Shown here piece after piece: positions 16,169-30,951 of a stretch of 46,684 nucleotides of DNA. The DNA is from Candidatus Micrarchaeota archaeon (GTDB lineage Archaea; Aenigmatarchaeota; Aenigmatarchaeia; QMZP01; QMZT01). The notes below the pieces were generated by a model that worked only from the letters and a program-made list of their open reading frames with translations, had not been told where the DNA came from and did not search any database. The stretch spans positions 1 through 46,684 of the forward strand of contig JAADIF010000043.1 in NCBI GenBank assembly GCA_013151465.1. The letters are read 5' to 3'. Every line of letters starts with the position of its first letter. Positions within the stretch are counted from its first letter, which is position 1. Position numbers and translations under genes: made by a program.

Positions 16169-17833
16169 CTATCTTCCGCCTCCTCCGCCTCCTCCAAAGC
16201 CACCTCCCCCAAAACCGCCTCCTCCTCCAAAGCCACCTCCGGAGCGCGGTCCGAATGATGCCATGAAGAGGGTGGTTGTGTAGAATGTGTTAAATTGCTC
16301 ATACTGCATATTATCTATTATTTTCAGTTCCTTCATGCTTTTCAGGACGTTTTCAGCCGAGCCGAGAGCAGTGGCATAGATAAGCCAATCCTTCCACAGC
16401 ACGTAGTCTTCTTTTAGGTATTTCTTTATTTGCGCATAATCCTCAAGCATTTTCTTGAATGCTAACCATTCAAGATATTTCTTATAATAATCTTCCTTGA
16501 ACCTACTGAAAACAGAGTTCGGAAAAATCGCAAAAAGTGTGCTGAGAAATATGATATAGATATAAAAAAGCATAAAAAACAGAAGTATCGTGTGAGTTAT
16601 GGCGTGAAAAAGAATAAGAGACACTATCATAGAGGATATCATCGTATAATATCCTATTGGATTAATTATATTCTTCTTGAATTTCTTTATGTCAGCTGTA
16701 TTAAATAACGATTTTATACGACTTGCAAAACGTGCATTACCCGATGATATCGAGGCATAATAAAATTTCTCATCTACCTTATCTTTTGAATTTATGAAGT
16801 CGTTAAGAAGCTCCCTTTCTATGGAATCAACACCTTTCTTTTCGTAATTCTTCAATATCTTAACCTTGAGCTTGTCGCCGAAAAAACTACCTTCCTTTTT
16901 TATCTCTAGTACGCCTTTGAGATAAAGGTTAAATAACATGGCCGCAAGCCCATTCTTTGACAGTTTTCCCGTTCCGTTTGTAAGAACATCAACCTGCCAG
17001 TATTTCATCTTCTTGTCAGGTATTGTGTGCAGATATTCGGGAACTAAGAATGCTTTTTCTGTTCCAAGAGACTTCCATATAGCAAAAGGCAACGCACATA
17101 TCAGAATGAAAATAATCCATACGACGATCATGTTTATCTGGACGGCATATATTTCTCCATTCTCTATGTTTATTCTTACGGTTTCATCTTTAGGGATGGT
17201 TGCTGTTGCGACAGTTCTTCCTGAAAGTGTCTTGATTTTCATATAGCTTACGAGAGGGTGACTTTTGGTAAAGAAATAGTGGTTAAACCGCATTTCTTTT
17301 GCATGTTGATAAGGCACTCTGTAAGAGATCTTTATTTTCTCTTTCCTTCCATTGTAGCCGGATTCAAGAATACACCCGACTTCGTTGCTCATGATCTTTC
17401 CTCTTATAAAAGAGTGTAATGGCATGTTGTATTCTTTTCCGGTTGAGGGGTCTATTGGAGTACTGGAATAACTTCCAGAAAAATATGGCTTTCCTTTTTC
17501 GCATGTAACCGAATCTATTATGATGTTGCAGTTATCATCTTTCGATCCAAAGCAGATTTTATCGGAGAATGAACGGTAAACAACATAATAATCATTTGCA
17601 ACGCTTAATGAAAACTCCTCGTCTATTGCAATATAATTCCCCTTTGTATTGTAATCTACCAAAATGCTGTCATAACTGGTCGAAAAAATGACTCCTGTCG
17701 TAAACAAAATAGCCGACAAAATAACTGCAAGAATCAACGACATTAACGAAACAGCGAAAAGCTCGTTCTTCCCCAAATAATCCCTAAAACCCATGCTACA
17801 TATTTTGCAATATTTAAATAAATATGAAAACAA
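16169..17833 (-). CDS. DUF2207-family membrane protein with a Gly-rich C-terminal tail
   Basis: N-terminal TM, a large extracytoplasmic domain and a central and C-terminal TM cluster. The tail is GGGFGGGGGFGGGGFGGGGGGGR, as in DUF2207 proteins. The gene is divergent from a LemA gene. Confidence 0.75.
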   Translation of the reverse strand: MFSYLFKYCKICSMGFRDYLGKNELFAVSLMSLILAVILSAILFTTGVIFSTSYDSILVDYNTKGNYIAIDEEFSLSVANDYYVVYRSFSDKICFGSKDDNCNIIIDSVTCEKGKPYFSGSYSSTPIDPSTGKEYNMPLHSFIRGKIMSNEVGCILESGYNGRKEKIKISYRVPYQHAKEMRFNHYFFTKSHPLVSYMKIKTLSGRTVATATIPKDETVRINIENGEIYAVQINMIVVWIIFILICALPFAIWKSLGTEKAFLVPEYLHTIPDKKMKYWQVDVLTNGTGKLSKNGLAAMLFNLYLKGVLEIKKEGSFFGDKLKVKILKNYEKKGVDSIERELLNDFINSKDKVDEKFYYASISSGNARFASRIKSLFNTADIKKFKKNIINPIGYYTMISSMIVSLILFHAITHTILLFFMLFYIYIIFLSTLFAIFPNSVFSRFKEDYYKKYLEWLAFKKMLEDYAQIKKYLKEDYVLWKDWLIYATALGSAENVLKSMKELKIIDNMQYEQFNTFYTTTLFMASFGPRSGGGFGGGGGFGGGGFGGGGGGGR

Positions 17834-17842
17834 GAATTAGTT

Positions 17843-18409
17843 ATGCTCATAGAAATCATAATAGCTGTCGTGGTTTTGGCGGTCGTTGCATATTTCATTT
17901 CTGCATACAACAGGTTCGTCAACCTCAGAAACGGCATAGAGTCCGGATTGAAGCAGATAAACGTCGCCCTCAAAAAGAGAGTTGACCTGATAGGACAGGT
18001 CGTTGATTCCGTCAAGGGCGAGATGAAGTTCGAGAAAGACACGCTCACGCAGGTCACAAAACTGAGGTCTGCGGCAAGACCCGATATGACAAGTGCGGAA
18101 GCAAAAGAAGTTGACAACGCCGCAAGAAGCATATTCTCAGGGCTTAAGGTCCAGGTTGAAAACTATCCGAATCTTAAGTCAAACGAAAACGTAAAACAAT
18201 TGATAGATTCGATAAACAGCATGGAGGATGAGATAAGCAGATTGAGGTATACATACAACAACACGGTGCAGGAATTCAACACGAGATGCCAATCGATACC
18301 TTCAAATATAGTCGCAAAACTTGGCGGTTTTGACAAGAAGTCATATCTTCAGTTCGAGGAAACTGAAACAGAACTCAAGAAAGCGCCAAAGATATCACTC
18401 AACGAATAG
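17843..18409 (+). CDS. lemA: LemA family protein
   Basis: An N-terminal TM is followed by YNRFVNLRNGIESGLKQINVALKKRVDLI and NYPNLKSNENV. Confidence 0.9.
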   Translation: MLIEIIIAVVVLAVVAYFISAYNRFVNLRNGIESGLKQINVALKKRVDLIGQVVDSVKGEMKFEKDTLTQVTKLRSAARPDMTSAEAKEVDNAARSIFSGLKVQVENYPNLKSNENVKQLIDSINSMEDEISRLRYTYNNTVQEFNTRCQSIPSNIVAKLGGFDKKSYLQFEETETELKKAPKISLNE

Positions 18410-18440
18410 TATTTATTGGATGTAGACCTAAATAGTCCTT

Positions 18441-19505
18441 ATGCATTTGGATATATCAATGGCCGATAAAGGATTCGTATCGGCTTTTGTTATTGGGATT
18501 GTATGTTTTCTTGCATCATCGCTACTTGGCGATATCATCTATGTTTACCTGTCGATGATTCTCATAGGGTTTGTTTTTCTCATAAAAGGGGCCGACTTTC
18601 TTGTTGATGGCGGGTCGGCAATTGCTGAACACTTCGGAATTTCCCATATGATAATAGGCCTTACAATAGTTGCCTTCGGGACATCCGCTCCGGAATTTGT
18701 GGTGAGCGTGTATGCAAGCATAATAGGTTCCGGGGGAATATCGATCGGAAACATTGTAGGCAGCAATATCTTCAACATACTTATGGTCATCGGTCTGCCC
18801 GCCGTCATATCGCGGATGCCCGTAGAGAAAAAGACGGCTAAACTGTTTGATTTCATTTTCATGATAATGTCAGGAGCGCTTCTTTTTTTCTTTTTGTACA
18901 TAACAATATGGGATGCTCAATATTCACTAGGTTTGGTTGATGGCATCGTGTTTCTTGCACTTTTCCTGTTTTTTATAAAGAAGATGGTAAGTGCCGCAAA
19001 TAAGGAAAAAGAAAGGTACATTAAAGATGATAAAAAAACTTCAAACCTGAAGATGAGCGCATTTTTCATTGTTATTGGCATAGCTGGAATATTTTTAGGC
19101 GGTCAGGTTCTTGTGGAGAATGGAAAGAATCTTGCGCTTTCATTCGGCATACCTGAAGTTATAATAGGCCTCACGCTCATGGCTTTTGGTACGTCTCTTC
19201 CGGAACTTGCAACAAGTATCATAGCAGCAATCAAAAAACGCCATGATATAGCTATCGGAAATGTTGTAGGCAGCAATATCTTCAACACGCTTCTTGTCGC
19301 AGGTTCTGCTGCAATTGTAAGACCGATAACAGGCATATCCACCGAAGCATTATTCGTTGATATACCATTCATGGTTTTTGTTTCAATGCTGTTATTAGCC
19401 TTTATGAGAAGTGGTAATGCCATAACAAGAAAAGAGGGATGCGTCCTAATTCTTCTTTATGCATCGTTTTTGTTTTATCTGCTATTGTTTTATCTGCTAT
19501 TTTGA
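18441..19505 (+). CDS. Ca2+/Na+ antiporter (CaCA family, YrbG-like)
   Basis: Contains two alpha repeats, GTSAPEFVVS..GNIVGSNIFNILMVIG and GTSLPELATS..GNVVGSNIFNTLLVAG. Confidence 0.9.
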   Translation: MHLDISMADKGFVSAFVIGIVCFLASSLLGDIIYVYLSMILIGFVFLIKGADFLVDGGSAIAEHFGISHMIIGLTIVAFGTSAPEFVVSVYASIIGSGGISIGNIVGSNIFNILMVIGLPAVISRMPVEKKTAKLFDFIFMIMSGALLFFFLYITIWDAQYSLGLVDGIVFLALFLFFIKKMVSAANKEKERYIKDDKKTSNLKMSAFFIVIGIAGIFLGGQVLVENGKNLALSFGIPEVIIGLTLMAFGTSLPELATSIIAAIKKRHDIAIGNVVGSNIFNTLLVAGSAAIVRPITGISTEALFVDIPFMVFVSMLLLAFMRSGNAITRKEGCVLILLYASFLFYLLLFYLLF

Positions 19506-19574
19506 TAGCTAGTATAATTACATTTAAATATATAATGTTATATATTATAATATAAAATAACATATAGAACAATA

Positions 19575-24715
<5,141 letters not shown>

Positions 24716-24728
<13 letters not shown>

Positions 24729-25303
24729 TTCTGATATGCCCTCAGAGTTACCTTTCCGGCATCATCTATATCCTTTCCGAGTGCAAGAAATCCGTGGTCT
24801 TTTATTATTATGAAATTCTCTTTATCCAGTACCTTGAGAACCTCGTTGGCAAGCTCAACTGTACCATATGGTTGCCTTTTTTCTGTTGTACAAAAGCCGA
24901 TATCGGTGCTACAGACGATCTTTGTGCAATGTCCGTGAAAGACAGCGTTGATGTCAGGCCTGTTTTTATAGACAACATAATGTGCAAACGTCTCGGATGA
25001 TGGAAGTTCGAGACCCTCGACCTTGACAATTATATTTTCCATATCACATTCCACGACTTTTACGAATTTGTCATCTGTTATATCTTCCCTAAAACCCTGT
25101 TGTGTACTTGTTATTATGAATTCATCGCTTCCTGGTTTTAGGCGAAAACTCATGTTTCCATATGATCTCCCTGCAAACGGCTGGCAGAGATCATAGAACC
25201 CAAAACGGCTTATCCAATATTTCAGATCCTCTATTCTGAGATCTGTTTGCACTTCCTTTTTGAGAAACACGGTTTTAAACTTGACGCCTTTCCATTCATC
25301 CAT
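24716..25303 (-). CDS. class II aldolase/adducin-domain protein
   Basis: GNMSFRL, FIITST, PSSETFAHYVVYKNRPDINAVFHGHC and KDHGFLALGKDIDDAG match the class II aldolase fold. Confidence 0.75.
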
Positions 25304-25501
25304 GGGGCTATAATAACGGAAAAATTTATAAAATTAACTTTTTTGGCTTCTTTTATTTCAAAAATTTAGCAGTTTTGTATGCAATTGTTGTAATAGTTTC
25401 ATATACAGGTGCAGATTATAAGATGGTTTGGACTCTCATTGCACAGTTTGACAACAGTAAAAAATAAATCGTTTTGCAACAAAGACATATGTTATACATA
25501 G

Positions 25502-26074
25502 ATGATGTTCATGAACGACGATGAACCCCCGCCTGATGGCGAAGATGAAATCGTTGAAGAACTAAAACAACTGAATAAAAAAGAGTTTGGCGTCGTAGAT
25601 AAAATCCTAAAGCTCCAGAATGCAATAGAAGGATGCACTTTCTTTTTATCCCTTTATGCGAATGCGTCGGAAGAAAAACAATGGTTAGAAAAGAAGAGAC
25701 CATCAGAAAATAGTGATGGGCGTGTTAGCCATTATCGGTCAAGCCCGGTAAAATATAACACTGTTCCAGAATTCTATGATTATTACTATAGGGTTAGGGA
25801 ATCGTCCCACGAGTCTGGAAAAGAGGTATTGAAATACGCGTTTCGTTTTTATACATTTCTCAAACCAAGAATAATAAAACTGAGAAATGAGCGCAAGAAA
25901 ATAATAAGAAAAGCCAACGGCAACAATTCGATATTGCTCAATATATATAAAAATGGTCCTTTGAGCCCTTATTACAACTGGAATCCTATTGAATATATGA
26001 AACAGCAGATTACACCATCTAATGGCAAGAACGGAAGCTATAAGCATCTAATGAATTTATTTCTCCGCGGGTAA
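25502..26074 (+). CDS. hypothetical protein (Tyr-rich, no recognisable family)
   Basis: 190-aa ORF preceded by a 198-bp AT-rich intergenic region. No motif was recognised. Confidence 0.4.
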   Translation: MMFMNDDEPPPDGEDEIVEELKQLNKKEFGVVDKILKLQNAIEGCTFFLSLYANASEEKQWLEKKRPSENSDGRVSHYRSSPVKYNTVPEFYDYYYRVRESSHESGKEVLKYAFRFYTFLKPRIIKLRNERKKIIRKANGNNSILLNIYKNGPLSPYYNWNPIEYMKQQITPSNGKNGSYKHLMNLFLRG

Positions 26075-26083
26075 TCTAAGAGC

Positions 26084-28336
26084 ATGCAAAATGTCAAACA
26101 GATAGTTCTTGAGCGGTCAGGTTTTGATGATTTTAATCCTGTGCAGCAGCAAGCGCTTGCAAAAGGGCTTCTTGAAGGAAGAAATCTTGTTGTTGCCGCG
26201 CCAACTGCAAGCGGAAAGACGCTTGTTGCAGAGCTTGCGGCTGTCAACGCATTTCTCAGTGGAAAGAAAAGTGTTTACATAGTTCCCCTGAAGGCGCTTG
26301 CAAGCGAAAAATATGAGGAATTCAACGAAAAGTATAGCTCGATTGGCATGCGGACAGCGATGAGCATAGGTGATCTTGATGAGAGCGACCCCTGGCTTGG
26401 AAAGTATGATGTCATAATCGCAACGTCAGAAAAGATGGACTCGCTTCTTCGCCACGGCCTCGAATGGCTTGACAGGATAGGGCTTTTGGTTGTTGACGAG
26501 ATACACCTTCTTGATGATCCCGGAAGGGGTCCCACCCTTGAAATAACAATAACAAAGCTTCTTTCCATGATAAAACCCCAGATTTTAGGGCTTTCTGCAA
26601 CAATAAGCAATTATGAGGAGATAGCCGCCTGGCTCAATGCGGACTGCTTCAGGACGGATTATCGCCCTGTTAAAGTTGAGAAAGGGATAGCTATAAACAA
26701 TATCATATATTTTGAAGGTGAAAGAAAAAACGAAATCCCATCATCTGACGAGCAGTCGGTGGGAATATCCCTTGATACAATAAAAAACGATAAGCAGATA
26801 ATAATCTTCGCATCCACAAGAAGGGGAGCAGAAGCAACTGCTGAGAAAGTAAGTGATCATATAAAGAAAAAGCTCTCCGAGGACGAAAGGATGCAACTGT
26901 CAAAAATCGCAGATGAGGTTGCCCACGCGCTTGACAGGCCGACAAAGCAATGCAAGCGTCTTGCGGCATGCGTGCGCGGAGGAGCGGCCTTCCATCATGC
27001 GGGCCTTGTCGCAAAGCAGAGGTCTATCATAGAGAGATACTTCAAGGAAGGCAAAATAAAGATGATTTCTGCAACGCCCACCCTTGCGGCCGGCATAAAC
27101 CTTCCTGCCTGGAGGGTTTTCATAAAGGATATGAAAAGGTTTTCAGGATTCAGAGGAATGGATTACCTTCCCGTCCTTGAGGTCCAGCAGATGATGGGAA
27201 GAAGTGGAAGGCCCAAGTTTGATAAGACGGGCGAGGCCATCCTTTCTGCAAAGGATGAGAATGAGGCAGAAAAGATATGGGAAAAATACATTAACGGCGA
27301 GCCGGAGAAGATACAGTCAAAACTTGGGGTCGAGCCGGTGCTTCGGATGCACACTCTGGCTCTTGTGGCATCGGGCCTGATAACGACTGAACATAATCTC
27401 ATCGATTTCTTTTCAAGGACTTTTTATGCCCACCAATATGGCGACTTAACCGAATTGAGAAAGACGCTCGACAAGGTGCTTGCGCTTCTTGAGGGGTTCG
27501 GGTTCATAAAAATGGCAGAATCAAAGAAAGCAGACGATAACCCGTTTGTTACTGCAAAGGATATGATTGCAAATGAAGGAAATTCCATAGAGGCAACCGC
27601 CATCGGAAAGCGTGTCTCGGAGCTGTATATTGATCCGATAACAGCGCATGACTTCATCGAAGGTATCAATTCATTCTCAAGAAAAAAGATAACGCCTGTC
27701 GGCATTGTCCAGCTTGTTTGCAACACTATGGAGATGATGCCTCTTCTTTCCGTGCGAAGAGCCGAGATGAAGAACATAGAATCGATGATTGCCTCAAATG
27801 CTGAATATTTTGCAAACGATATCCCAAATCCATGGGAAATGGATTATGACGATTTCATGAAATCTGTAAAGACGGCCATGCTCATCGGTTCATGGATGGA
27901 AGAAAGCGGAGAGGATGCAATACTCGATAGTTTTAACGTTACTCCTGGGGAATTAAGGGCCCGCCTGGACAACGCCGACTGGCTTTCTTATGCATTGTCA
28001 GAATTATGCATGATACTTGATAAGAAGAACATATTAAAAGAAGTGAGAAAAATACGGCTGAGGATGAAATATGGCATAAAGGAAGAGCTCCTGCCGCTTG
28101 TGCAGATAAAGGGAATAGGACGTGTGAGGGCGAGGATGCTTTATACAAGCGGCATCAGGACCATCGACGACTTGAAGAAGATGCCATATGAGCGCCTCAG
28201 AAAGATGCTTGGCGAAAAGACTGCCAAAGCGATAAAAGAGCAGGTAGGAGAAAGCGCTTCATCTGATAGAAAATCGGATGATTTTGGTCTTGGGAATTTT
28301 ATGAAAGCAAGTGAAGCAAATGATAATCAGAAATAA
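26084..28336 (+). CDS. hel308: Hel308/Ski2-like ATP-dependent DNA helicase
   Basis: Shows AAPTASGKTLVAELA (motif I), VVDEIHLL (DEIH), SAT and ATPTLAAGINLPA, plus C-terminal winged-helix, ratchet and HhH domains. Confidence 0.9.
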   Translation: MQNVKQIVLERSGFDDFNPVQQQALAKGLLEGRNLVVAAPTASGKTLVAELAAVNAFLSGKKSVYIVPLKALASEKYEEFNEKYSSIGMRTAMSIGDLDESDPWLGKYDVIIATSEKMDSLLRHGLEWLDRIGLLVVDEIHLLDDPGRGPTLEITITKLLSMIKPQILGLSATISNYEEIAAWLNADCFRTDYRPVKVEKGIAINNIIYFEGERKNEIPSSDEQSVGISLDTIKNDKQIIIFASTRRGAEATAEKVSDHIKKKLSEDERMQLSKIADEVAHALDRPTKQCKRLAACVRGGAAFHHAGLVAKQRSIIERYFKEGKIKMISATPTLAAGINLPAWRVFIKDMKRFSGFRGMDYLPVLEVQQMMGRSGRPKFDKTGEAILSAKDENEAEKIWEKYINGEPEKIQSKLGVEPVLRMHTLALVASGLITTEHNLIDFFSRTFYAHQYGDLTELRKTLDKVLALLEGFGFIKMAESKKADDNPFVTAKDMIANEGNSIEATAIGKRVSELYIDPITAHDFIEGINSFSRKKITPVGIVQLVCNTMEMMPLLSVRRAEMKNIESMIASNAEYFANDIPNPWEMDYDDFMKSVKTAMLIGSWMEESGEDAILDSFNVTPGELRARLDNADWLSYALSELCMILDKKNILKEVRKIRLRMKYGIKEELLPLVQIKGIGRVRARMLYTSGIRTIDDLKKMPYERLRKMLGEKTAKAIKEQVGESASSDRKSDDFGLGNFMKASEANDNQK

Positions 28337-28700
28337 GACAAAGGGAACGATTATAGCAACAGATGTCGAGGAAGCGGTGTCTATTGCCAGCAAGGCGAAG
28401 GGCCTTATGGGAAGAAGCGCAATTTCCGATAACTATGCAATGCTCTTTGATTTTGGAAAAGACAAAAAGGAAGGTTTCTGGATGCTTTTTATGAAGATTC
28501 CGATTGACATCGTTTTTATAGATTCCTCAATGATTGTCGTTGACATAAAACACAGCGTAAAACCGATAACTTTTAACCCGCAGACATGGAAAATCTATCA
28601 TCCCAAAAAACCTGCAAGGTATGTCATCGAACTAAAAAGCGGCACGGCAAAACACATTGATATGAGCATAGGAGATACAATAGAAATAAAGAAAAAATAA
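28311..28700 (+). CDS. DUF192 (COG1430) family protein
   Basis: KGLMGRS...MLFDF...FWMLFMKIPIDIVFID...YVIELKSGT matches the DUF192 pattern. It overlaps the hel308 3' end by 26 bp. Confidence 0.7.
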   Translation: MKQMIIRNKTKGTIIATDVEEAVSIASKAKGLMGRSAISDNYAMLFDFGKDKKEGFWMLFMKIPIDIVFIDSSMIVVDIKHSVKPITFNPQTWKIYHPKKPARYVIELKSGTAKHIDMSIGDTIEIKKK

Positions 28701-28720
28701 AAGGGAAGGTTGGTCCTAGT

Positions 28721-29188
28721 TCATTCATTCATCGATTGCCAATGCGGACCGTCTTCTGTGCAGGAACCGTCATGAAGGCCATTTCCCGAACCGTGCATCA
28801 TTCCTCTTTTGTAGCCGGCGCCGGTTCCATGTGCTCTCATTCCCTGACCGTTTCCAAGCCCAAGTTCAGCCCTGAGCTGGGACGCTGTTTCATAGTCGCC
28901 GTTTTGTGCTGCTTCGTGAGCGGCTGCAAATGTTGCAAAGTTCTCTTCGCTTACAATATCAACTACTCTTGGATGTCTTCCGTTCTCTGTCATAAGAGCA
29001 ACCCATGCATTATAATCTCCCGTTTCAAACGCCTGTTCCATGAGCGCCTCTCTTTCTTCGCTGTAATTCGGTCCTTTTGTTGTGTAATCTCCTCTGTAAG
29101 CACTTGCAAAACTTACGCCTATGAGAGAGATTGTTATCGAAAGGAGAGCCATTATTGCTATTGTTTGTTTTCTTTTCATGTATATCAC
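28721..29188 (-). CDS. secreted small protein, helical and acidic with a Met/His/Gly-rich C-terminus
   Basis: The signal peptide is MKRKQTIAIMALLSITISLIGVSFASA. The mature part contains GDYNAW and GDYETA repeats, and the C-terminus reads GMRAHGTGAGYKRGMMHGSGNGLHDGSC. Confidence 0.65.
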   Translation of the reverse strand: MIYMKRKQTIAIMALLSITISLIGVSFASAYRGDYTTKGPNYSEEREALMEQAFETGDYNAWVALMTENGRHPRVVDIVSEENFATFAAAHEAAQNGDYETASQLRAELGLGNGQGMRAHGTGAGYKRGMMHGSGNGLHDGSCTEDGPHWQSMNE

Positions 29189-29235
29189 CTCGAATGTTTA
29201 AGGGTGCCGTTGAGACACCTTACAGAAATCTTATC

Positions 29236-29307
29236 TGAAACTATACTAATGGGTTAGTGAAACTATCTGTCATTTCATGAAACCAAGTTTCATTTTTTTG
29301 AAACTAT
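29236..29307. promoter_or_regulatory. TGAAACTAT x3 direct repeats plus inverted repeat ATGAAAC-caa-GTTTCAT in a divergent promoter region
   Basis: TGAAACTAT occurs at 29236, 29258 and 29299, and the inverted repeat at 29277-29293. The array lies between the divergent genes 28721-29188 (-) and 29327-29896 (+). Confidence 0.65.
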
Positions 29308-29326
29308 GGAGAATTAATTTAAACCG

Positions 29327-29896
29327 ATGGTTCAATTAATAAGAATGGAAAGAAGACAAAAGACTGTTATCGCAATCTCAATAGTTGTACTGTTCAGTTT
29401 GCTTGTGCTTTCGCTCAGTTTCTATTATCTTTATCAAAGAAGCGTGCGTCAGAGCGCCCGTTTGACATATACAGAGCTTGAGAACATGACGGCGGATGAA
29501 CTCAGAACGCATATCGCCGAAAGGTGGGACAGCGATCATTCACCTTTCTATAATTTTTATCTTATTCCATTCTCTGCGTTTATAGGTCTCCTCATAGGGA
29601 CGATAATATATTATCTGATGTCAGATGAGGTTGAACAGAAGAAGGAGACCGCCAAGAAAAACACGAGAATAATACTTAGGTTCCTGACACCAGAGGATAG
29701 GAAGGTGATTGATATATTGCTTGAGAATGGAGGAAGCGTTCCGCAATATGAGCTGTCGCGACTTCCAGGATTGAACAAGGTCAAGACACATAGGATACTT
29801 GCAAAATTGGAGCAAAAGGGCATAATCTCGAAAGAACAATATGGAAAGATTAATAAGATAATACTAAATAAAGAGATTTACGATGTATTAAAATAA
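29327..29896 (+). CDS. membrane-anchored (2 TM) winged-helix transcriptional regulator
   Basis: Two hydrophobic helices (VIAISIVVLFSLLVLSLSFYYLY and LIPFSAFIGLLIGTIIYYL) flank a ~45-aa loop. The C-terminal wHTH is LTPEDRKVIDILLENGGSVPQYELSRLPGLNKVKTHRILAKLEQKGII. It is a paralogue of 44318-44749. Confidence 0.7.
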   Translation: MVQLIRMERRQKTVIAISIVVLFSLLVLSLSFYYLYQRSVRQSARLTYTELENMTADELRTHIAERWDSDHSPFYNFYLIPFSAFIGLLIGTIIYYLMSDEVEQKKETAKKNTRIILRFLTPEDRKVIDILLENGGSVPQYELSRLPGLNKVKTHRILAKLEQKGIISKEQYGKINKIILNKEIYDVLK

Positions 29897-29924
29897 GAAA
29901 AACAGAAAAAAACTCGAACAGATA

Positions 29925-30119
29925 TCATTTCTTTCTCTCGCCATTGAGTTTTTTCCATTGCCATGAGAATTTTCTCAGCTTTGAAGATTTTCCGAACCCG
30001 CATTTGACACATACCTTCTTCGTTGCATGATATGTCGGATTTCCGCATCTTCTGCACAATATGTGTGTCTTCTTATTCTTTTTGCCCATGCTGGGCGTTC
30101 CCTTACTCATAACCATCAC
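29925..30119 (-). CDS. rpl37e: 50S ribosomal protein L37e
   Basis: Matches [38 protein letters not shown]. The likely start is Met4 at 30110. Confidence 0.9.
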   Translation of the reverse strand: MMVMSKGTPSMGKKNKKTHILCRRCGNPTYHATKKVCVKCGFGKSSKLRKFSWQWKKLNGERKK

Positions 30120-30127
30120 TTAATGGA

Positions 30128-30376
30128 TTATTTTGCCGGCGATACCCACACGATGCTATCACCTCTAACGAGAACGGTGCCTATTTTTACGTTGCTGTCT
30201 TCGGATTGCACCTCAGCATCGTCGAGCCACAGATTTATGTGGGAATCGAACGCCTTGAGCACACCCATGACCTTGTCTTTTGATTTCAGGTGCACTATGA
30301 CCCTTTTTCCTGAAGCATTGCCCAAGACATCAAGCGGTCTTGAGAGCCCAGCCCTGTCGTTATTTCCCATTTCCAT
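30128..30376 (-). CDS. Sm-like (LSm) archaeal protein
   Basis: Sm1/Sm2 motifs are RPLDVLGNASGKRVIVHLK..GVLKAFDSHINLWLDDA..VLVRGDSIVWVSP. The pairing with L37e is conserved in archaea. Confidence 0.9.
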   Translation of the reverse strand: MEMGNNDRAGLSRPLDVLGNASGKRVIVHLKSKDKVMGVLKAFDSHINLWLDDAEVQSEDSNVKIGTVLVRGDSIVWVSPAK

Positions 30377-30510
30377 ATATAAACCCCTTTTAACTAAACT
30401 GAATGTTCTTAATATTAATGGATAATGTATTTAAATCTATGTTAGAGTCAATAGTAGATGGAGATATGTCTAATTTATAAATATAATCTCCTATAGTGTT
30501 ATACCATTAG

Positions 30511-30906
30511 GTGATATTTATGACTAAATGGAATGTCAATTCAAAAAGAAAAGCAAGCGGGGGCAAGATGCAGTCCAGGAAGAAAAAGAAGAAATACCAG
30601 CGCGGCTCAGACTTTCTCGGCACAAGAATCGATGAGCCGTCAAGAAAAGTGGTGCCTGCCCGCGGTGGCAATAACAAGGTGAAGGTCGTTTCGACCAATA
30701 AGATGAACGTTGCAGATGAAAGTGGTAAGGTGATGATTGCAAAAGTTCTTTCCGCAAAAGAAAACAAGGCAAACGTCCATTTTGTCAGGAGAAACCTAAT
30801 AACAAAGGGCGCTATCCTTGAAACTGACAAGGGGCTTGCAAAAGTCACATCCAAACCAGGCAAGGACGGAACGATAAACGGTGTCATCATAAAGAGCAAG
30901 AAATAA
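30511..30906 (+). CDS. rps8e: 30S ribosomal protein S8e
   Basis: Has the SKRKASGGK..RKKKKKYQRGSDF pattern. The likely start is Met4 at 30520. Confidence 0.9.
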   Translation: MIFMTKWNVNSKRKASGGKMQSRKKKKKYQRGSDFLGTRIDEPSRKVVPARGGNNKVKVVSTNKMNVADESGKVMIAKVLSAKENKANVHFVRRNLITKGAILETDKGLAKVTSKPGKDGTINGVIIKSKK

Positions 30907-30951
30907 GAAAGCTTTCCGATTCTATTTAAAATTAGATATCCATTCTTATTT

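Noticed and set aside
15954-16302. The ORFs 15954-16283 (+, with a PPPPPPKPPPPKPPPPP run) and 16054-16302 (-) looked like a proline-rich protein.
   Set aside because: The plus ORF runs through the tRNA-Ser gene, and its poly-Pro stretch is simply the antisense of the Gly-rich tail codons of the DUF2207 gene (16169-17833, -). The minus ORF is an out-of-frame overlap of the same region.
19506-19574. An extremely AT-rich 69-bp spacer with short inverted repeats (ATGTTAT...ATAACAT) might be a replication origin.
   Set aside because: It is too short, has no ORB-like repeated elements and no adjacent orc1/cdc6 gene. It is more likely the promoter of the wHTH-cdc48 unit.
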